A stretch of 64,000 bases of DNA from Harriotta raleighana (lineage: Eukaryota), in contig JBNZDD010013678.1 of the NCBI GenBank assembly GCA_050575255.1, positions 4,172,690-4,236,689 of the forward strand, read 5' to 3'. The notes under the pieces are model-generated. The model was not told the origin of the DNA. It saw only the letters and a program-made list of their open reading frames with translations, and ran no database searches. A program made the translations under genes and the position numbers. This document shows positions 11,866 through 64,000 of the stretch, in pieces. Position 1 is the stretch's first letter. Every line of letters begins with the position of its first letter.

Positions 11866-12042
11866 TGTTTGTGGGACACTGCTGTGCGCAATTTGGCTGC
11901 CGCGTTTCGCCCACAAATATAGTCAATTTTTCCTACTCCTTTCCCTGAGCCCTCCCCCCCTACTTGGCTGTACAGCGCTTTGGGACGTCCTCCCGACGTG
12001 AAAGGCGCTATATAAATAAAATTTTGATTGATTGATTGATTG
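11866..12042 (+). mobile_element. SINE Deu-domain segment joined to an L2-type 3' tail ending in (ATTG)n
   Basis: TGTTTGTGGGACACTGCTGTGCGCAATTTGGCTGCCGCGTTTCGCCCACAAATATAGTCAATT, then CAGCGCTTTGGGACGTCCTCCCGACGTGAAAGGCGCTATATAAAT...(ATTG)n. Confidence 0.8.
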
Positions 12043-12479
12043 AAGTGATAATTAATACCAAAAGGGATCTGACAAACTTGACACAGTACTCCTCTTACAA
12101 TGTATCATTAACAGCATAGCATTATATTGGGAGTTACAAGAAGCCAAGTAAAAACATTTGAGCATTTTAACTTCTGTTTTTGAGCATTTTAACTGTTAAA
12201 TATAAATTCAATACTTTTAGAATACACCTTTCTATACACATTTCACAGAAATAAATTCATTTTCAACAGTAATATACACTTCTTACAAATATATTGTACT
12301 GTGTATCTTAGTATATATCCCTCTATTGCTAGTTCATGCTGGGTTGCATGTTCATAAGGTATCTCCATACCTCACAAACAGGTCATCCTCCACACATGAG
12401 CGTAGATTGAAAAGACAAGAGGTTAATTCTCACTAACTCAATTATATTGTCACTGTATATCCAGACACAAACACCTTCC

Positions 12480-12664
12480 AGCATTGGCCCTGAAGGACCT
12501 TCCTCTTTGACCGTGCCTTCTGCTCCCCTCCTAACTCTCCCTCCTTTCCTACTCTTCTTCCCCCTGCCCCTACCCTGACCTATCCCCCCGACCTAGCTGT
12601 TCAGCGCCTTGGGACATCCTCCGGACATGAAAGGCACTCTATAAATGTAATTGTGTTGTTGTTG
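12480..12664 (+). mobile_element. L2 LINE 3' end fragment
   Basis: ACCTTCCTCTTTGACCGTGCCTT, a C-rich UTR, then CAGCGCCTTGGGACATCCTCCGGACATGAAAGGCACTCTATAAATG(TTG)n. Confidence 0.7.
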
Positions 12665-13247
12665 GATGCAGTCAAGTGCTGGGCTTTTGACTGTAATTTT
12701 TTAAACCTGAGGATCAAATGGATTCCCATCTTTATAGTTTTTTATATACATTACTGTAGTGACTTAATTAGTGGTGCAAATATAGCAACGGGGTTTTACT
12801 TTGTCCTAACCATCAATAATACAATACAACTGTTAATTACAAACTTCTGTGGTGGGTTGAAGGTAGTTGAAAGAGTTCAATGGACCTTAGATTAAAAATA
12901 CACAACTTCTTACTATGGGCAAGAAATGAAAAACAAGCAACCCCTAACTGAGTTGTAAGCACATCAGAAGCAAGGAACGTTGGAATCAAAACCGAGATGA
13001 TGGGGGGGGGAAAAAGCGATTCAAACCGATTTGAGGGAAATATTATTGAGAAAAACGATAGGTTACAATTTGTTGAGAGAAAATGTAAGAATAATTTCTT
13101 CCATTAATGATTTCTTCCATTACAAAATGAATGAATGGTAGGGGATGCGATCAGGCGATATATCAAACTGCAAGAATGACCAATGCAACAAAAAGTGAAG
13201 AGACGATCATCATCATGATGGGAGACGCTGCCTGTGGTTTGAAGCCG

Positions 13248-13537
13248 TGTTGAGTCCTGTAGCTCTGGGGTTCGAGCACTCGCCTTACAAGCGTGAGACC
13301 TATATTCACTTCCAGGCAGGGTCAGGGCAAAACCTTGGGCAAGTTTCCTTACTCCACCCGCCTAATAATCCTTAAAAACAAATTGTTCATTTCAATCCAC
13401 GACTGTTTGTGCCACATTCTGCCCACATATATGTACAGTCAATTCACTTTAAAGTATATTCTGCGACGCGCTTTGAGATGTCCACAAGACGTGATAAGGC
13501 ACCATATCAAATGCAAGGATTATTATTATTATAATTA
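13248..13537 (+). mobile_element. Near full-length tRNA-derived Deu-type SINE, immediately upstream of the AGPS promoter
   Basis: Head GAGTCCTGTAGCTCTGGGGTTCGAGCACTCGCCTTACAAGCG, body CCTTGGGCAAGTTTCCTTACTCCAC, partly deleted Deu domain, tail ..ATCAAATGCAAGG(ATT)n. Confidence 0.85.
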
Positions 13538-13788
13538 TCATGAAGGGAGACACTGCCGGTGGTTTAAAGCTAAGGCGGCCCGCGGGCCAGCTCCACGTCA
13601 CCTTAACCCTCGCCTCACCTGCGCTTGTTGGCAGTTGATCGCGCGCCGTTCGCCCCGCCCCCGCGCGCGCCGCGGTGGCTGCCGGTCCTCCCTCCCTTCC
13701 ACCCTCTCTCCCGCCTCCCTGACCTCTGACCCCCTCTACCCTCCCCTCTACCCTCCCCGCCAGCTTCCGACAGCCACAACACGGAAGA

Positions 13789-63830
<50,042 letters not shown>

Positions 63831-64000
63831 TGATTTGTTTTGATTTTTCCAGTTCCATATACATTTAAACAAAAATCAAGAATGTTCAAATGTTCAGTGG
63901 TAGAGAACGTATTTTATAAATGGCTATAACTGATGATAAAACATTCAGAAAGGATTGCACAAATGTCTGATTTTCAGAATCAAAACTGGCTTGTGGTTTT

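Noticed and set aside
11464-12001. Six ORFs of 113-153 aa
   Set aside because: Artefacts of the N gap

Overview
Eukaryotic, AT-rich vertebrate genomic DNA. The repeat content (tRNA-headed Deu-domain SINEs with L2-type tails, L2 and CR1 fragments) points to a cartilaginous fish, probably the chimaera Callorhinchus milii; this is an inference. The main feature is the + strand gene AGPS (peroxisomal alkyl-DHAP synthase). I traced coding exons 1-18 by hand from the ATG at 13789 to 63701: 1710 nt, 570 codons, one open frame, all introns GT-AG. It has an N-terminal PTS2 (RLRVIARHL) and a CpG-island promoter; the last exons, with the HHH motif and stop, lie beyond the window. Upstream are two - strand tRNA-Ala genes (CGC and TGC) differing only at the wobble base, a microsatellite-rich block and two assembly gaps. 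Introns hold many SINE/L2/CR1 pieces and two copies of a TA-flanked Tc1/mariner-Tigger-like non-autonomous element. Almost all ORFs in the supplied track are spurious. I found no clearly novel system. The best leads are possible unannotated spliced transcripts upstream of AGPS on both strands, a SINE flanked by a 34-bp direct repeat at the promoter edge, a tail-to-tail SINE hairpin in intron 1, and a SINE with an exchanged L2 tail.
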